From Porticoccaceae bacterium (GTDB lineage: Bacteria > Pseudomonadota > Gammaproteobacteria > Pseudomonadales > Porticoccaceae): a stretch of 42,363 nucleotides of DNA. The stretch covers positions 1-42,363 of the forward strand of contig JAFMBU010000001.1 in NCBI GenBank assembly GCA_017858295.1. Reading direction: 5' to 3'. Below, one piece after another: positions 27,311 through 37,194 of the stretch; positions within the stretch are counted from its first letter, which is position 1; the number at the start of each line of letters is the position of its first letter. The notes under the pieces were generated by a model. That model ran no database searches. It was not told where the DNA came from and worked only from the letters and a program-made list of their open reading frames with translations. Position numbers and translations under genes: made by a program.

Positions 27311-27754
27311 ATGAAAATGCGGTCCAACCGACCCTATCTTCTGCGCGCCTTCTTCGACTGGATAGTGGACAACGATTGCACACCTTATATTGTGGTCGAT
27401 GCCCATCATCCGGGTGTAGAAGTTCCCCAGAGCTATGTTACCGATGGCCAGATCGTGCTGAATGTGGCACCCCGCGCCGTATCGAACTTTATTCTCGATC
27501 TTGAGATTCTTGCTTTTTCCACCCGTTTCGGCGGAATGCCGATTGATATTCAAGTCCCTGTTACCGCCGTTGTCGGCATTTACAGTCAGGAGAATGGTCA
27601 GGGTATGGTCTTTGAGCACGAACCCTCTGATGATCTGCCGCCGACGCCGCCAAGCGGCCCGAAAGCGGTTAAAAAAACCTCAACTCAATCACCTGCTTCA
27701 CCGAGCGACAAGGCTCCGAAAAAGATTAAGCCGTCGCTAAGGGTTATTAAATAG
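27311..27754 (+). CDS. sspB: ClpXP adaptor SspB
   Basis: RPYLLRAFFDWIVDNDCTPY, ENGQGM, and the C-terminal ClpX-binding PSLRVIK. Confidence 0.95.
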   Translation: MKMRSNRPYLLRAFFDWIVDNDCTPYIVVDAHHPGVEVPQSYVTDGQIVLNVAPRAVSNFILDLEILAFSTRFGGMPIDIQVPVTAVVGIYSQENGQGMVFEHEPSDDLPPTPPSGPKAVKKTSTQSPASPSDKAPKKIKPSLRVIK

Positions 27755-27776
27755 CAGCTTTAGTCGGAGTATTTTA

Positions 27777-28955
27777 ATGTCTAAACCAATCGCCATTCTC
27801 TCAGCCTCACGCACGCCCATGGGCGGTATGATGGGTTCACTGTCTTCAGTGCCTGCCACCGATCTGGGTGCTGTCGCAATCAGTGCTGCCGTACAAAAGT
27901 CCACCTTAGCTGTAGATCAGATCGATGAGGTATTGATGGGTTGCGTGCTCTCAGCTGGGGTAGGCCAAGCCCCCGCACGTCAGGCAGCATTAGCTGCTGG
28001 GCTCACTCAGGGGACTCCCTGCACGACGATTAATAAAGTCTGTGGCTCGGCCATGAAAGCGGTGATGATGGGCTGTAATGCCCTGCGTGCAGGCCAGGCA
28101 ACCACTGTTGTTGCCGGCGGTATGGAAAGTATGAGTCGGGCACCCTACTTGATCCCTCAGGGACGTCAGGGCTACAGGTTTGGGCATGCCCAAATGCTGG
28201 ATCATATGCAATACGATGGTCTGCAAGATGCCTATCAGGGTGTCGCAATGGGCATGTTCGCAGAAAAATGTGCCGACAAATACAGTTTTAGTCGCGAGCA
28301 ACAAGATGCCTATGCCATCGAATCTCTGCGTCGTGCCAATGTTGCCATAGACAATGGCTGGTTTGATCAGGAAATTGCCCCAGTCACCATCTCTTCACGC
28401 CGCGGTGATGTGGTTGTAGATACAGATGAGCAACCGGGAAATGCCAAGCCCGACAAGATTCCCCAGCTAAGACCTGCGTTTGACAAGAATGGTACGGTTA
28501 CCGCTGCCAATGCGAGCTCTATCTCTGACGGTGCAGCAGCACTGACATTGATGATGGCGGACGAAGCCGAAGCGCGAGGTTTAAAGCCGATTGCCATTAT
28601 CCGCGGCTTTGATCAGAGTGCCCATGAGCCAGAGTGGTTTACTACAGCCCCTGTGTCGGCGATCAATAAGACTCTGGAACGAGTGGGTTGGGCGGTGGAC
28701 GATGTGGATCTTTGGGAAGTTAATGAAGCCTTTGCAGTGGTGGCTATGGCAGCCATGCATGAGCTGAAAATACCCCATGAAAAATTCAATGTCCACGGTG
28801 GTGCCTGCGCACTGGGACATCCAATTGGCACCAGTGGAGCCAGAATTATAGTCACGCTGATTCACGCCCTGCAGCAGCATGGCGGCCGCAAAGGCATCGC
28901 CAGTCTCTGTATTGGCGGTGGTGAGGCTACCGCAATGGCGATTGAGCTAGTCTAG
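27777..28955 (+). CDS. Acetyl-CoA C-acetyltransferase (thiolase)
   Basis: INKVCGS, NASSISDGAA, EVNEAFA, GHPIG, CIGGG. Confidence 0.93.
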   Translation: MSKPIAILSASRTPMGGMMGSLSSVPATDLGAVAISAAVQKSTLAVDQIDEVLMGCVLSAGVGQAPARQAALAAGLTQGTPCTTINKVCGSAMKAVMMGCNALRAGQATTVVAGGMESMSRAPYLIPQGRQGYRFGHAQMLDHMQYDGLQDAYQGVAMGMFAEKCADKYSFSREQQDAYAIESLRRANVAIDNGWFDQEIAPVTISSRRGDVVVDTDEQPGNAKPDKIPQLRPAFDKNGTVTAANASSISDGAAALTLMMADEAEARGLKPIAIIRGFDQSAHEPEWFTTAPVSAINKTLERVGWAVDDVDLWEVNEAFAVVAMAAMHELKIPHEKFNVHGGACALGHPIGTSGARIIVTLIHALQQHGGRKGIASLCIGGGEATAMAIELV

Positions 28956-28964
28956 TTAAGAGGC

Positions 28965-29531
28965 CTAGTCTACGTACTCGAAAACCTTTACAACGCTGCG
29001 GACGCCGCTAGTTTGGCTGGCGATCGCAGCGGCTTTTTCACCATTGATACGTCTTACTTTGCCCATTAAATAGACCACGCTGTCTTCGGCGGTTACTTCG
29101 ATATTGGATGATTTGATCTCTTTATCAAAGGTTAGTTTGGTTGCTACCTTAGCGCTGATCAGAGCATCATTAGTGCGCGCGACAATCGATGAGTTACCGC
29201 GTACTTGCAGTTCATTGTGAACCTGCCGCTGGCCTGTGTAGGCGCGGGCAACCTCTCCGGCTAACGCTCTCAGCTCCTTAGTGGGCACTTCACCCGTCAA
29301 CAGCACAATCGCATTGTAAACATGAACATTAATATGGGCTTTTTTGAGCGCTGGATCGGCCTTTTTAATGTTGACGCCAATAAAGGTGTCCATTTTTATG
29401 TCGTTGATATCTGAACCGATTGGAGAGGAAGTCGGGTCTGGCGTGATCGGCTCTTTGACCACAGAGTTGACCACGGATGTGCAGCTAGCTAGAAGCCCGA
29501 CCAGTGATAGCATTAGGATTATATTGCGCAT
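28965..29531 (-). CDS. dolP: Dual-BON-domain lipoprotein (DolP/YraP)
   Basis: Lipobox LASC; VLLTGEV and VVYLMG BON motifs; VVKVFEY end; yraN cluster context. Confidence 0.88.
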   Translation of the reverse strand: MRNIILMLSLVGLLASCTSVVNSVVKEPITPDPTSSPIGSDINDIKMDTFIGVNIKKADPALKKAHINVHVYNAIVLLTGEVPTKELRALAGEVARAYTGQRQVHNELQVRGNSSIVARTNDALISAKVATKLTFDKEIKSSNIEVTAEDSVVYLMGKVRRINGEKAAAIASQTSGVRSVVKVFEYVD

Positions 29532-30104
29532 TTATTCTCCTCCAAAAATATGATTGTCTATCAGAGCGCAGAGGCACTGAACAATTTGCACTTGCGACTG
29601 AACGATCAGCGCCGCAGATGCGCTGCCGAGACTAATATGCACGTCATTGTAACTTACCAAGTTGATCAGCGAATCATCATTTTCGGTGGAAACGAGAATG
29701 ATCGACATGCCTCGATCCAGGGCTGTATTGAGTGCGCCATGTAATAGGCTGCTATTGTCCCCGCCACTCAGCAGTATCAATATATCGCCACTCGCTGCCT
29801 GAGTTTTTAATACTTGGTTATAGCGGTCGGTAGCGCCGCTCTGTTGGGCGATCTGATTTAGATTGAGAGATGGAAAACCCGGGCGGTCAATTTCATAGCC
29901 CTGAGCTAGATAGTTAGTCAGCAGTTGCGCGACTAAACTACTTGAATGCTCGCCACAGGTGAACACGCGATTCCCTGCCAGCAGTGCCGAGGCAACTTTT
30001 TCAGCGGCACTGGCAATGGATTCAGCGCAGGTTTCTCCTGTCGCCATGGTCGCCTCAATCATCGTCTGAAATTGATTAAAAACTTTTTGATCTATCGCGT
30101 CCAA
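29532..30104 (-). CDS. Degenerate SIS-domain protein of the DiaA/GmhA family
   Basis: GNRVFTCG, RPGFP, GDILILLS, CLCALID..IFG; located between yraN and dolP. Confidence 0.75.
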   Translation of the reverse strand: MDAIDQKVFNQFQTMIEATMATGETCAESIASAAEKVASALLAGNRVFTCGEHSSSLVAQLLTNYLAQGYEIDRPGFPSLNLNQIAQQSGATDRYNQVLKTQAASGDILILLSGGDNSSLLHGALNTALDRGMSIILVSTENDDSLINLVSYNDVHISLGSASAALIVQSQVQIVQCLCALIDNHIFGGE

Positions 30105-30132
30105 TGACCTGTATTCCTATTTAAATGAACAA

Positions 30133-30525
30133 CTACTGGAGAATATTTTGTATCCAATTGATGCAATACTCTTTTGTCGGTTGCCTGTCAGGGCTTATGG
30201 CGACGGCATCAAACCGAGCGCTGACTTTTTCGGTTAGCCCTTCACGCTGCATATAAGCCTGTGCAGCAGAACTTAGGCGCTGACACTTTTGCACTGTAAT
30301 AGACTCTTCAGCTGAACCAAAGTTTACACTGCTACGAAAGCGTACCTCGATAAATACTAGAACTTTATTATCCAGCATAATCAGATCAATTTCGCCCCTG
30401 CGAGTGCGAAAGTTCTTCGCCACCAGCACTAGACCTTTAGACTGCAAGAAAGCCAGAGCCAGCTGTTCAGCCTCAGTACCGTTCAAACGCTTTAATTTAC
30501 TACTTGGGAATATCCCTGTCCCCAT
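30133..30525 (-). CDS. yraN: YraN family (UPF0102) putative nuclease
   Basis: G..AEQLA..FL, NFRTRRGEIDLIM, VFIEVR.R, RFDAVAI. Confidence 0.92.
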   Translation of the reverse strand: MGTGIFPSSKLKRLNGTEAEQLALAFLQSKGLVLVAKNFRTRRGEIDLIMLDNKVLVFIEVRFRSSVNFGSAEESITVQKCQRLSSAAQAYMQREGLTEKVSARFDAVAISPDRQPTKEYCINWIQNILQ

Positions 30526-30553
30526 AATACTGCTCCTGAAATACTGCTCTTGA
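30526..30553. repeat. 14-bp tandem duplication
   Basis: aatactgctcctga / aatactgctcttga. Confidence 0.65.
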
Positions 30554-30567
30554 AAAGCCTGTGCTCT

Positions 30568-32433
30568 CTAGGGTTGCGCTGGCACCACTCGGCCCTTTTC
30601 AAAGGCCGCCCATTTTTCTGTTCGCTTTACACTTCCCTCTGAGAGTCGCAGCATCCCTGTAGCGCCAAATACCGGCAGCGCGTCTGGTTTGGCAAGCTCC
30701 TCGAGTAGCGCATGTAATAAAAATGCATCGTATCCCAGGGCATAGAGCTGGCGATAGGCTGTCGGTAGGCGCAGGTCCGGTTTTAGTGGCCGTGACATAT
30801 GCCCCTCTAAAGTCCAGGGCATGGCACTAAATTTGATGCCGCTAAGATCGCGGTTGAGTTCAATCTGTTGCGTGCCATTGTAGATATGCGAGGAGGCATA
30901 AACTGGAACATCACCGGCGTATAGAAAATCTAGGGCCGGCTTTATTTGGCGGACTTTTTCCGAATAGCCGAGAATAATAACCAGATCTATATCCTGACGC
31001 CGACGTGGAGTAGCGCTAAGGCTGCGGTTAACCGAGCGTCGCAGTGCCAGGCTGCGTTGTTCGCTGAGATCAATTTCCAGGGGTTTCTGCAGCAACTGAG
31101 TGAAGTCATTGACACTGTTGGAGTAGGAGATAGCGTCAATCACCGTGCCCCCTTTGGCCGTCCAGTAGTCGATAAAATGACGTCGGGCGCGCAGACCCCA
31201 GCCGTTCTCCGGAGCTATGAGCAGAACATTGGTCTGTCCCTGAATCCAAGCCTGATCGGCAATTTGATTCACTTCATCCAGGGCTGAAAGGCCAAACTGG
31301 AGTAAATTCTCAGTCTTATTGAGCTGTTCTTTATCGAGCCGATTGAGGCTTAGGGTGGGCACTTGCAAGCGCGGACTGGCGGCGAGTTCTTCCACCTGAG
31401 ATTGACGCATGGGGCCGATCACCATATCGGCGCCGCGCTCCACCGCTGTGTTGTAAACCGCAGTTATAGGTTGAGAGGATGTGTCATAGATGGCTATTTT
31501 GGGCAGGCTAGCGCCCTGACCGAGATTTTCATAATAGGCGCTGATAAAACCATTAAGCACTGTAGTGCTGGGTGTTTCATATTGCCCCTGGAGTGGCAGC
31601 AACAGTGCAATATTCTTAGGTGCGCTGGTGCCACGGAATCGTTTTTTCAGTGCTGCTGGCGGACTATTGGCGCCTGGGTGCTCGCGCCAGCTCTGCTTCC
31701 ATACTGCGAAGAAATTCTTCTGGGCGCTGGGATCCGCCTGTCGATAGCGCATGGCTGCGGCCAGTTCCAGCCAGCCGGCCAGTACACCGCGATCGCTAGG
31801 GTCGGTTTGCTGTAGTTGATTAAATGGCAGTTGATTAAGTTGCCGCCAAATTTGGTCATGCAAGCGGGAAATCAGTCGCTGGTCGCTAATTTTTCGTGGG
31901 TTGTAAAGTTTGCCCAACTGAATATTGTTTTCGATACTGGCTCTTAAATGGCCGTCAGCAGTGTTAAGTGCGCTTTCAAGACTCAAAATACGCCGCTGAA
32001 AATTTATTTCCAGGCTCTGTCGCAACGCCATAAAGCGGATTTCGGCAAGCCTTGCTTTGGCACTGGTTAGCTGCCGCGACGCAAGGTCCAGCTCCAGCCC
32101 GAGCAAGCTGTACTCAACAAAAAACATATCGTTCAATTGATCGGTATTAATTAACTCTAGCGTGGTTCTGCTCTGTTCCAGATCACCGCCCTGAGCAAAC
32201 AGAATTGCAATATCCAGCAGCAGGTTATCGCTGTCCTCAGCATTAAGTAATTGGACTTGTGCGAGAGCTAGTTCGGCCTGGCTCACCAAGGATTGATTAA
32301 CTTCGATATTTTCAGCGTCCAGAGTCACTCTGGCAATTGGCCCTGAAATTTGCGTTGTAGTTGGCGCACAGCCCCCGATAAAGGCTAAGATGGCCAGCGC
32401 ATAAATCATCGAGAGAAAAAGTCGTTTAGTCAT
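30568..32433 (-). CDS. lpoA: Penicillin-binding protein activator LpoA (lipoprotein)
   Basis: Lipobox IGGC; GWLELA, HP.A, IALLLPLQG, IGPM, RRRQDID, LYALGYDA, GATG.L. Confidence 0.9.
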   Translation of the reverse strand: MTKRLFLSMIYALAILAFIGGCAPTTTQISGPIARVTLDAENIEVNQSLVSQAELALAQVQLLNAEDSDNLLLDIAILFAQGGDLEQSRTTLELINTDQLNDMFFVEYSLLGLELDLASRQLTSAKARLAEIRFMALRQSLEINFQRRILSLESALNTADGHLRASIENNIQLGKLYNPRKISDQRLISRLHDQIWRQLNQLPFNQLQQTDPSDRGVLAGWLELAAAMRYRQADPSAQKNFFAVWKQSWREHPGANSPPAALKKRFRGTSAPKNIALLLPLQGQYETPSTTVLNGFISAYYENLGQGASLPKIAIYDTSSQPITAVYNTAVERGADMVIGPMRQSQVEELAASPRLQVPTLSLNRLDKEQLNKTENLLQFGLSALDEVNQIADQAWIQGQTNVLLIAPENGWGLRARRHFIDYWTAKGGTVIDAISYSNSVNDFTQLLQKPLEIDLSEQRSLALRRSVNRSLSATPRRRQDIDLVIILGYSEKVRQIKPALDFLYAGDVPVYASSHIYNGTQQIELNRDLSGIKFSAMPWTLEGHMSRPLKPDLRLPTAYRQLYALGYDAFLLHALLEELAKPDALPVFGATGMLRLSEGSVKRTEKWAAFEKGRVVPAQP

Positions 32434-33277
32434 GAACTCAAATCAATCCGGTACGTTGTATGTAGTCGCCACACCCATAGGCAATCTGGGTGATATGGTA
32501 CCCCGAGCAGTCGAGATCCTTCAATCAGTGAAAGCCATTGCCTGCGAGGATACCCGTCACAGCAAAAAATTGCTGGATCATTTTCGCATCGATACACCAT
32601 TGATGGCCTATCACGACCACAGCGACAAAAAAAGCAGCCACAAGATTCTGATGCAGCTCAGTGCCGGCAATGATCTCGCGTTGATATCCGATGCAGGCAC
32701 ACCGCTGATTTCTGATCCTGGCTACCGCTTGGTACTTGCAGCGCGTCAGCAGGGTATTAGTGTTATTCCCGTCCCCGGTGCCTGCGCGGCTATTGCTGCA
32801 CTGAGTGTGGCAGGTCTGCCCACGGATCGATTTAGATTTGTTGGTTTCTTGCCAGCCAAGAGTACCCAGCGTAAAAAGGTGCTGGAGGAACTGTCGGCTG
32901 TGCCTGAAACCATGGTGTTTTACGAAGCGCCGCACCGCATTTTGGAAACCCTGAGAGATAGCGTTGAGGTATTTGGTGCCGAGCACAGTGGTTTTATCGC
33001 TCGCGAGTTGAGTAAAACCTTTGAGACCTACCTCCATGGCAGCCTGGCTGAGCTAGTTAGTCTAGTCGAAGCGGACAGCAATCAGCAGCGCGGTGAAATC
33101 GTCTTGATATTAGCTGGCCGAGACGAGACCGAGAGCACAGTAACAGTCGATGGCGAGCGCGTTCTGCGCCTGTTATTGGCAGAATTACCCACCGCCAAGG
33201 CGGCGGCACTGACAGCCAAGATTACCGGCGGTGACAAAAAGCAGTTCTATCAAATGGCGCTGGCACTAAAAGCGTAA
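32432..33277 (+). CDS. rsmI: 16S rRNA C1402 2'-O-methyltransferase
   Basis: LYVVATPIGNL, CEDTRHS, ISDAGTPLISDPG, FYEAPHRI, ARELSKTFE. Confidence 0.97.
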   Translation: MNSNQSGTLYVVATPIGNLGDMVPRAVEILQSVKAIACEDTRHSKKLLDHFRIDTPLMAYHDHSDKKSSHKILMQLSAGNDLALISDAGTPLISDPGYRLVLAARQQGISVIPVPGACAAIAALSVAGLPTDRFRFVGFLPAKSTQRKKVLEELSAVPETMVFYEAPHRILETLRDSVEVFGAEHSGFIARELSKTFETYLHGSLAELVSLVEADSNQQRGEIVLILAGRDETESTVTVDGERVLRLLLAELPTAKAAALTAKITGGDKKQFYQMALALKA

Positions 33278-33285
33278 TCTGATAT

Positions 33286-33316
33286 AAAAAAGGGCTAGCT
33301 CATTGGAGCTAACCCT
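33286..33316 (-). terminator. Rho-independent terminator for maeB
   Basis: Minus strand agggttagctc-caat-gagctagccct (one G-U pair) running into a T-tract. Confidence 0.75.
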
Positions 33317-33336
33317 CTGTAACGCTAATACCTTAT

Positions 33337-35607
33337 TTACTTACTGTGCTGAATATCCGCAACCGTCAGCGCTGTCATATTGAAGATGCCCCGAGACGAC
33401 ACCGATGGAATCACAATATGCGCAGGCTTACTAAAGCCATTGATAAAGGGGCCGATCAACAGTGCATCGGTCAGTGAGCGAATCAATCCCATAGCAATAT
33501 TTGCTGCATCCAAGTTAGGCATAACCAACACGTTGGCGCGGCCTTTGAGGGTCGATTGGGAATAAATGGTTTTGCGCAATGTCGGATTCAGGGCACTGAG
33601 CACATGCATCTCACCATCAATTTCCAGCTCAGGCTGTGCTTCCCGCAATAGCTCACTGGCTCTGCGCATTTTTCGTGCCGACGCTGTATTGGCAGTGCCA
33701 AAGTTTGAGTGGGACAGCAAGGCCACTTTGGGTTCAATGCCAAAGCGCTTTACCAGATCTATGCTGGCCTCAGTAATTTTTACTAACTCCTCGGCTGTGG
33801 GATCCACATTCATCGCTGTATCGGCTAAAAACAGCGGGCCATCTGGCATCAATAATACCGCAGCAGACGAGACCAACTGCTCTTTGTGGGAGGGGCCGAG
33901 CAGATGCATAATTTCCCGAAGATGAAAATCAAAGCGACCTACTTTGCCGCAGATAAGGCCATCGGCTTCTCCCCGGGCAACCATTACTGCCGCGATGGCA
34001 GTCTGATCGTCGCGCATAATCTTCCGGGCAGCATCTACAGAGACACCATGACGACCGACGCTCTGATGATAGAAGGCGGCATACTGTTCGTGTCGATCAT
34101 TATTGCTGGGATCAAATATTTCTACGTCACTGTCCAGATCTATGCGCAGGCCAAGACGGTCAATTTTTTGTTCCATGCCAGCGCGACGGCCAACCAAGAT
34201 AGGTTTGGCGATCTGCTCATCAAGCACCGCTTGCACGGCTAACAGAACATCGTCATTTTCTCCTTCAGCATAGACAATACGCGCTGGCGCTTTTTTCGCC
34301 ATCTCAATAATCGGCTGCATAAACAGCCCAGCCTGATTAACAAACTCGTTCAGGGTCTGACGATAGGCTTCTAGGTCTTCGATAGGACGTGTAGCTACAC
34401 CGCTCTCCATGGCCGCTTTAACCACCGCCATGGGCACTACTTCAATCAGGCGTGGATCAAAGGCTTTGGGGATAAGATATTCAGGGCCAAATTTAAGCGC
34501 TTCATCAGCGTAGGCCGCCGCCACCACATCTGAGGTTTCCATAGTGGCCAGATCGGCAATGGCGCGAACCGCAGCCATTTTCATCTCTTCGTTAATGGTC
34601 GACGCACCACAGTCCAGTGCACCGCGGAAAATAAATGGGAAACAGAGAACATTGTTCACCTGATTGGGATAGTCAGAACGGCCAGTGGCTAAAATCGCGT
34701 CGGGGCGAGCGGCCATGGCGTCTTCCGGCATGATCTCTGGGATCGGGTTAGACATGGCGAGAATAATGGGCTTCTCGCCCATCTTTTTTAGCAGCTCGCC
34801 ATTTAATACGCCCGGTCCCGAGAGACCCATAAACAAATCTGCGCCTTCGATAGCATCCTCAATGGTGCGATCGCTGGTCTCTACTGCGTAATCTTCTTTC
34901 CAGGGATTCATGCCGTCTTTGCGGCCGGCATAGATAACGCCGGTGCGGTCGATCATGCGCACATTTTTCTTCTGCAGGCCCATACTTACCAGCAGGTCGA
35001 CACAGGCAATACTGGCAGCGCCAGCACCTGAGACCACGAGCTTAACGTCTTCAAACTTTTTCTCGACTATGCGCAGGCCGTTATAAATAGCGGCGGCGGC
35101 AACAATGGCGGTGCCGTGTTGATCGTCGTGAAATACCGGAATTTTCATGCGTTCACGGAGTTTTTTCTCCACCATAAAGCATTCCGGGGCCTTGATATCT
35201 TCAAGGTTAATACCACCAAAGGTTGGCTCCAGTGACGCGATAATATCCACCAACTTGTCGACATCGGTTTCATCCACTTCAATATCGAAGACATCTATAT
35301 TGGCAAATTTCTTAAACAGTACTGCCTTACCTTCCATTACCGGTTTTGAGGCCAGCGGGCCTATATTGCCCAGACCCAGCACAGCAGTACCGTTAGTAAT
35401 CACCGCCACCAGATTACCCCGGGATGTAACCGAGGCCACTTCTGTGGGGTTCTCGACAATCAACTCACAAGCGTGCGCAACACCGGGAGAATAGGCGAGT
35501 GATAAATCGCGCTTATTGGCCAGCGGTTTGGTTGGACGAATCTCTAATTTACCGGGGGTTGGATGAGTGTGATATTTAAGTGCGGCTTCTTTAAATGAGT
35601 CGGTCAT
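33337..35607 (-). CDS. maeB: NADP-dependent malic enzyme with C-terminal PTA-like domain
   Basis: [39 protein letters not shown] and the PTA-like LLSHSNFG. Start moved to ATG 35607 ([10 protein letters not shown]). Confidence 0.96.
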   Translation of the reverse strand: MTDSFKEAALKYHTHPTPGKLEIRPTKPLANKRDLSLAYSPGVAHACELIVENPTEVASVTSRGNLVAVITNGTAVLGLGNIGPLASKPVMEGKAVLFKKFANIDVFDIEVDETDVDKLVDIIASLEPTFGGINLEDIKAPECFMVEKKLRERMKIPVFHDDQHGTAIVAAAAIYNGLRIVEKKFEDVKLVVSGAGAASIACVDLLVSMGLQKKNVRMIDRTGVIYAGRKDGMNPWKEDYAVETSDRTIEDAIEGADLFMGLSGPGVLNGELLKKMGEKPIILAMSNPIPEIMPEDAMAARPDAILATGRSDYPNQVNNVLCFPFIFRGALDCGASTINEEMKMAAVRAIADLATMETSDVVAAAYADEALKFGPEYLIPKAFDPRLIEVVPMAVVKAAMESGVATRPIEDLEAYRQTLNEFVNQAGLFMQPIIEMAKKAPARIVYAEGENDDVLLAVQAVLDEQIAKPILVGRRAGMEQKIDRLGLRIDLDSDVEIFDPSNNDRHEQYAAFYHQSVGRHGVSVDAARKIMRDDQTAIAAVMVARGEADGLICGKVGRFDFHLREIMHLLGPSHKEQLVSSAAVLLMPDGPLFLADTAMNVDPTAEELVKITEASIDLVKRFGIEPKVALLSHSNFGTANTASARKMRRASELLREAQPELEIDGEMHVLSALNPTLRKTIYSQSTLKGRANVLVMPNLDAANIAMGLIRSLTDALLIGPFINGFSKPAHIVIPSVSSRGIFNMTALTVADIQHSK

Positions 35608-35817
35608 TTGCTCGAATTTCCTGTTACGGTATGGGGGTGACGTGGATAAGCTTTGGTTGAAATACACCTGTGGTTACTGGGAGTAAATCTAGAGGTAAAG
35701 GTTAATTTTGTAGGCTGATCCATTTATCTGGCGCACAGTTTAACGCGGCCTCTGTACAAATTGCTAACTCCCTTTGGGCTGTACTTGTAATACTTTGGAT
35801 CACTTGAAAGAATACCT

Positions 35818-37194
35818 ATGCATGGCAACAGGACTTCCATATTGAGCATTGATAAAAACCTCCTTCAGGGACAGCCTTTTCGGCTGGTCGTCTTGCTGTT
35901 TATTGTTTTGCTTACAGTGTTTTTAACCGCTAGGCCTACGTCTGGCTTCGCCCAGAGTAACAGTGCCCGCGCTTTATTTGCCGATAACAAAGCTGGCATC
36001 CTGCAAATTAGAATTATTGATATCACCTCTGGTAGCAAGAGTGCCATTGGCTCGGGCTTTGTGGTCAATGGCAGCGGCCTAATCGCGACCAATTATCATG
36101 TGGTGCAAATGGCCGCCAGTAAGCCTGAGCAATACCGCATTGAATATCTCAGTGCCGATGGTGCGGCGGGCAGCCTGAATCTGGTTGATGTGGATGTCAT
36201 TAATGACTTGGCCCTAGTTCAGAGAAGGAGCCAGGGCAGTAGTGAGGGCAGTAAACCCCTAGCTGCGGTGCTGCCTCTGGCAGCAGCCGAGCCGGATATA
36301 GGTGTGCCAGTCTATGCCCTAGGCAATCCCCTCGACTTGGGATTGACCGTTGTGCCTGGAACCTATAATGGCATCAATCAAAGCAGCTATCATCCGCGAG
36401 TACACTTCACCGGCTCCCTCAACTCAGGAATGAGTGGCGGGCCAACTCTCAATCAAGCTGGCGAAGTTGTCGGTATCAATGTCTCTACCGCAGGCAATCA
36501 AGTGAGCTTTCTGGTGCCGGTGACAGCGCTACAGCATTTGATTGCCGAGCATCAATTGCGCGGTCAGGGCGTGGACAATATGGCCCTGCGAATCGGTCAG
36601 CAGTTACTGGCGGATCAGGACAAAAAGTTTGCCCAAATGCTCTCTCTAGATTGGTCCACTATCGCTCTGGGTGAAGCCACAGTGGTCAACGAGCTGTCAC
36701 CTTTCTTTAGGTGTTGGGGCGGATCTAACAGCAGTTCTGAAAAAGCCCAATTACTGAGTGCTGATCGCACCTGTCGCAGTGAAGATAATATCTATCTCAA
36801 TGAAAAATTTAACAGCGGTGTAATTGAACATCAGTTCTTTTGGCTGGAGGCAGACAAGCTTAATCCCCTGCAGTTTTACACGTACTATAAAAGGTTATTT
36901 AGCGACTTCGCTCCGGGCAATAAGGCCCGTGAAAAAGATGTGGGTGACTATCAGTGTGAAACTGAATTTGTCGCAACGAATAATCTTGAGGCAGAGCCTC
37001 AACGCAAGACGAAGGCAGTATTTTGTGCCCGAGCCTACAAAGACTATCCACAGCTCTACGATGTATTGTTTTTACAGGGCACAGTGGATGAGTCCCGCGC
37101 TGCATTTATTAGCCACTTTACGCTTGCCGGTGTTAGCCGCGACAATGCCAAAGCCTATGCGCGAAAATTTATGGAGGTAGCGCAATGGCGGTAA
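35818..37194 (+). CDS. Exported trypsin-like (S1) serine protease without PDZ, with a Cys-containing C-terminal domain
   Basis: Hydrophobic N-terminal segment ending SGFA; GSGF, TNYHVV (His), NDLAL (Asp), GMSGGP (Ser). Start uncertain. Confidence 0.85.
   Translation: MHGNRTSILSIDKNLLQGQPFRLVVLLFIVLLTVFLTARPTSGFAQSNSARALFADNKAGILQIRIIDITSGSKSAIGSGFVVNGSGLIATNYHVVQMAASKPEQYRIEYLSADGAAGSLNLVDVDVINDLALVQRRSQGSSEGSKPLAAVLPLAAAEPDIGVPVYALGNPLDLGLTVVPGTYNGINQSSYHPRVHFTGSLNSGMSGGPTLNQAGEVVGINVSTAGNQVSFLVPVTALQHLIAEHQLRGQGVDNMALRIGQQLLADQDKKFAQMLSLDWSTIALGEATVVNELSPFFRCWGGSNSSSEKAQLLSADRTCRSEDNIYLNEKFNSGVIEHQFFWLEADKLNPLQFYTYYKRLFSDFAPGNKAREKDVGDYQCETEFVATNNLEAEPQRKTKAVFCARAYKDYPQLYDVLFLQGTVDESRAAFISHFTLAGVSRDNAKAYARKFMEVAQWR

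Noticed and set aside
35608-35667. Extra 20 N-terminal residues of MaeB in the ORF track
   Set aside because: Family similarity begins at [13 protein letters not shown] (ATG 35607).
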